Assembly (NCBI GenBank): GCA_977017575.1
Contig: CDRNVI010000036.1
Location: 1 to 64,000, forward strand
Origin: Paramoeba atlantica
Taxonomy: Eukaryota > Protista > Discosea
Reading direction: 5' to 3'
Length of the DNA: 64,000 nt
Made by a program: the position numbers and the translations under genes. The notes under the pieces were generated by a model that made no database searches, was not told where the DNA came from, and saw only the letters and a list, made by a program, of their open reading frames with translations. The number at the start of each line of letters is the position of its first letter. Position 1 is the first letter of the stretch. Below are positions 62,449-64,000 of this stretch, piece by piece.

Positions 62449-63070
62449 CACCTGTTATCTCAAATCCGGTAATCTTTGAACCCTTCAGGTATGAAAGATC
62501 GACAAAGCCAGTAAACTGATTTACAGAGATGTTCAAAGTTCGCGTGGTGGGCGGCAGGTCATGAAGGTGAAGCTCACCTGTAAACATGTTGTTTTGGAGC
62601 CACATGCTTTCAAGTCCAGGAGGAAGCGATGCAAAACTTACGCACCCGCTCAATTGGTTGTCGCTCAAGTCGATGTATGTCACAGAACGTGGTATTGAAC
62701 TCCAATGCAATGTACTACACAGTCCCCGACTTTCCCAAGCAATGTGGAAGACTTCGCCCTTGTCATTATACGTCACGCCATCCCACTCACATGCCGCTGT
62801 AGCGCTATTCCATGAGTCGTGCACATTTACAACATTACTAATAAACTTTGCGAGTTCACATTCCGGAGGGAGAAACATGCCCCTGACATCACCTGCACGT
62901 GTTGTGCTGCTCTTCGGAGCATCTGTGGCTTTGCAAATGGAGTGTGCCAGAAAGCCGCGAATCACATAAAAACAATGCAAAGACGTTGGTTTCGAAAAAG
63001 AGAATTCTTTAAACGCGAAGAAACGTAACGCTAACCAAGCACAGTAAGAAGACAACAGAATCCTACCCAA
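62396..63070 (-). CDS. LRR protein, probably 3'-truncated
   Basis: HDSWNSATAACEWDGVT cap and three LRRs, then reads into the putative insertion. Confidence 0.75.
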   Translation of the reverse strand: MGRILLSSYCAWLALRFFAFKEFSFSKPTSLHCFYVIRGFLAHSICKATDAPKSSTTRAGDVRGMFLPPECELAKFISNVVNVHDSWNSATAACEWDGVTYNDKGEVFHIAWESRGLCSTLHWSSIPRSVTYIDLSDNQLSGCVSFASLPPGLESMWLQNNMFTGELHLHDLPPTTRTLNISVNQFTGFVDLSYLKGSKITGFEITGAVPPYLLFSTLPPLFSV

Positions 63071-63157
63071 GTGGCTGCTTTTTTACGCTTCCAAATCCAA
63101 TTGTCAATTTCGATAAGTATTCCTTTGATAACATTTTGTGGCCGTCAAGAAGAAAGA

Positions 63158-64000
63158 CTACCCCGTCGATATAAATTTAAGGCAAGGGTTTTGCAGCTTC
63201 CAGTACGATTCACAAGGAACCTCAAAGCACATGCGCTGTAACGTTTTCGGATGCAAAAAAGAAAGTTTGGAAGCGTGGAGGAGTTGGTGAGGAATCTCGC
63301 CGTAACAAAGGGGTCTAGGTGAGCCTCCAGTATTTCTTTCATTGGAATGGGACGAATAAAATATTGGTGGCTCCTCCCCTCGTGCAAACTGCCAAAATGT
63401 TTCTTCACTCTGCCCATAAAGTTTATCACCAAGGATGGGAAGGCCGAGAGCTTCCATGTGCACCCGAATTTGGTGAGTTCTACCTGTTTGTGTTGATATT
63501 CTCACTAGAGAAAGCTTTTGCATCGTATCCGTACGAATAATTTGTATCGAAGTGTGAGATTCTTTTGCTTTTGCGTTGTGTGGATAAATACGCCCGTTTG
63601 CTTTAGAATGCATGTATTTATGTGCCGCACAAAATTCTGTACTGCAACACACCATTCGAATTTTGCGAAGCGCTGGAAGATGAGACATGTAATCCTTTCC
63701 GAGTACTTCACATGCCTTGGCAATGCCATGTGAAATACGGTAACTAGGGCATTTGCTTTCGTCGGACAAACGGAACGCATCCGCTTGCACACATTTGCAT
63801 TCGGAGCTCAACGTGTCGGATGGTGGCAGACCGACCAAAACCGCCTGATACTCTTTTTGCATATGATTTATCTGTTTCGATAAGGAACGGGCCGATTCCG
63901 CATTGAGAGCCAGGACTAGGATGCCGGACGTTTCCTTATCGAGTCGATGTACCACAAACGGCCTCCGAGGTGTCATGCCTGTTGTATGCAAGACACCGCA
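63158..64000 (-). CDS. RluA-family RNA pseudouridine synthase (5' end outside the window)
   Basis: VHRLDKETSG, KEY, TGRTHQIRVHM..LGLPILGDKLYG, LHASKLSFLHP. Confidence 0.93.
   Translation of the reverse strand, partial: CGVLHTTGMTPRRPFVVHRLDKETSGILVLALNAESARSLSKQINHMQKEYQAVLVGLPPSDTLSSECKCVQADAFRLSDESKCPSYRISHGIAKACEVLGKDYMSHLPALRKIRMVCCSTEFCAAHKYMHSKANGRIYPHNAKAKESHTSIQIIRTDTMQKLSLVRISTQTGRTHQIRVHMEALGLPILGDKLYGQSEETFWQFARGEEPPIFYSSHSNERNTGGSPRPLCYGEIPHQLLHASKLSFLHPKTLQRMCFEVPCESYWKLQNPCLKFISTG

Overview
The window appears to join DNA from three organisms. (i) 1-700 is an AT-rich, cis-intron-containing eukaryotic gene fragment. (ii) ~701-8296 is a Bacteroidota/Flavobacteriaceae-type segment cut mid-gene at both ends: MutS-like gene, BNR/Vps10-repeat protein, SPFH plus Zn-ribbon membrane pair, LytTR regulator and NTF2-like lipoprotein. 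(iii) ~8300-64000 is a compact, intronless kinetoplastid chromosome with about 35 genes, all on the minus strand as in a polycistronic unit, and a kinetoplastid-type F1-ATPase alpha. The combination fits a Perkinsela-like endosymbiont, its amoebozoan host and a culture bacterium (inference). The best finding is a ~5.2 kb RLE-type non-LTR retrotransposon (HERO/NeSL-like, 38148-43340, minus strand) that splits an LRR gene. Its 5' end is a spliced-leader (SL)-like exon, followed by a truncated SL copy that starts exactly after the internal AG of the SL. This is the footprint expected from two rounds of trans-splicing and retrotransposition. The element also carries three unusual CxHxCxNKxxCxHxCCK motifs. 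Other points: a dispersed ~730 bp repeat whose 107-nt hairpin is far more conserved than its body, TA-flanked MITEs and a Tc1-like relic, an SRP9-like gene, an RF-1-domain protein with GGG instead of GGQ, and an expanded LRR family. All product calls come from motif recognition by eye; no database searches were run.
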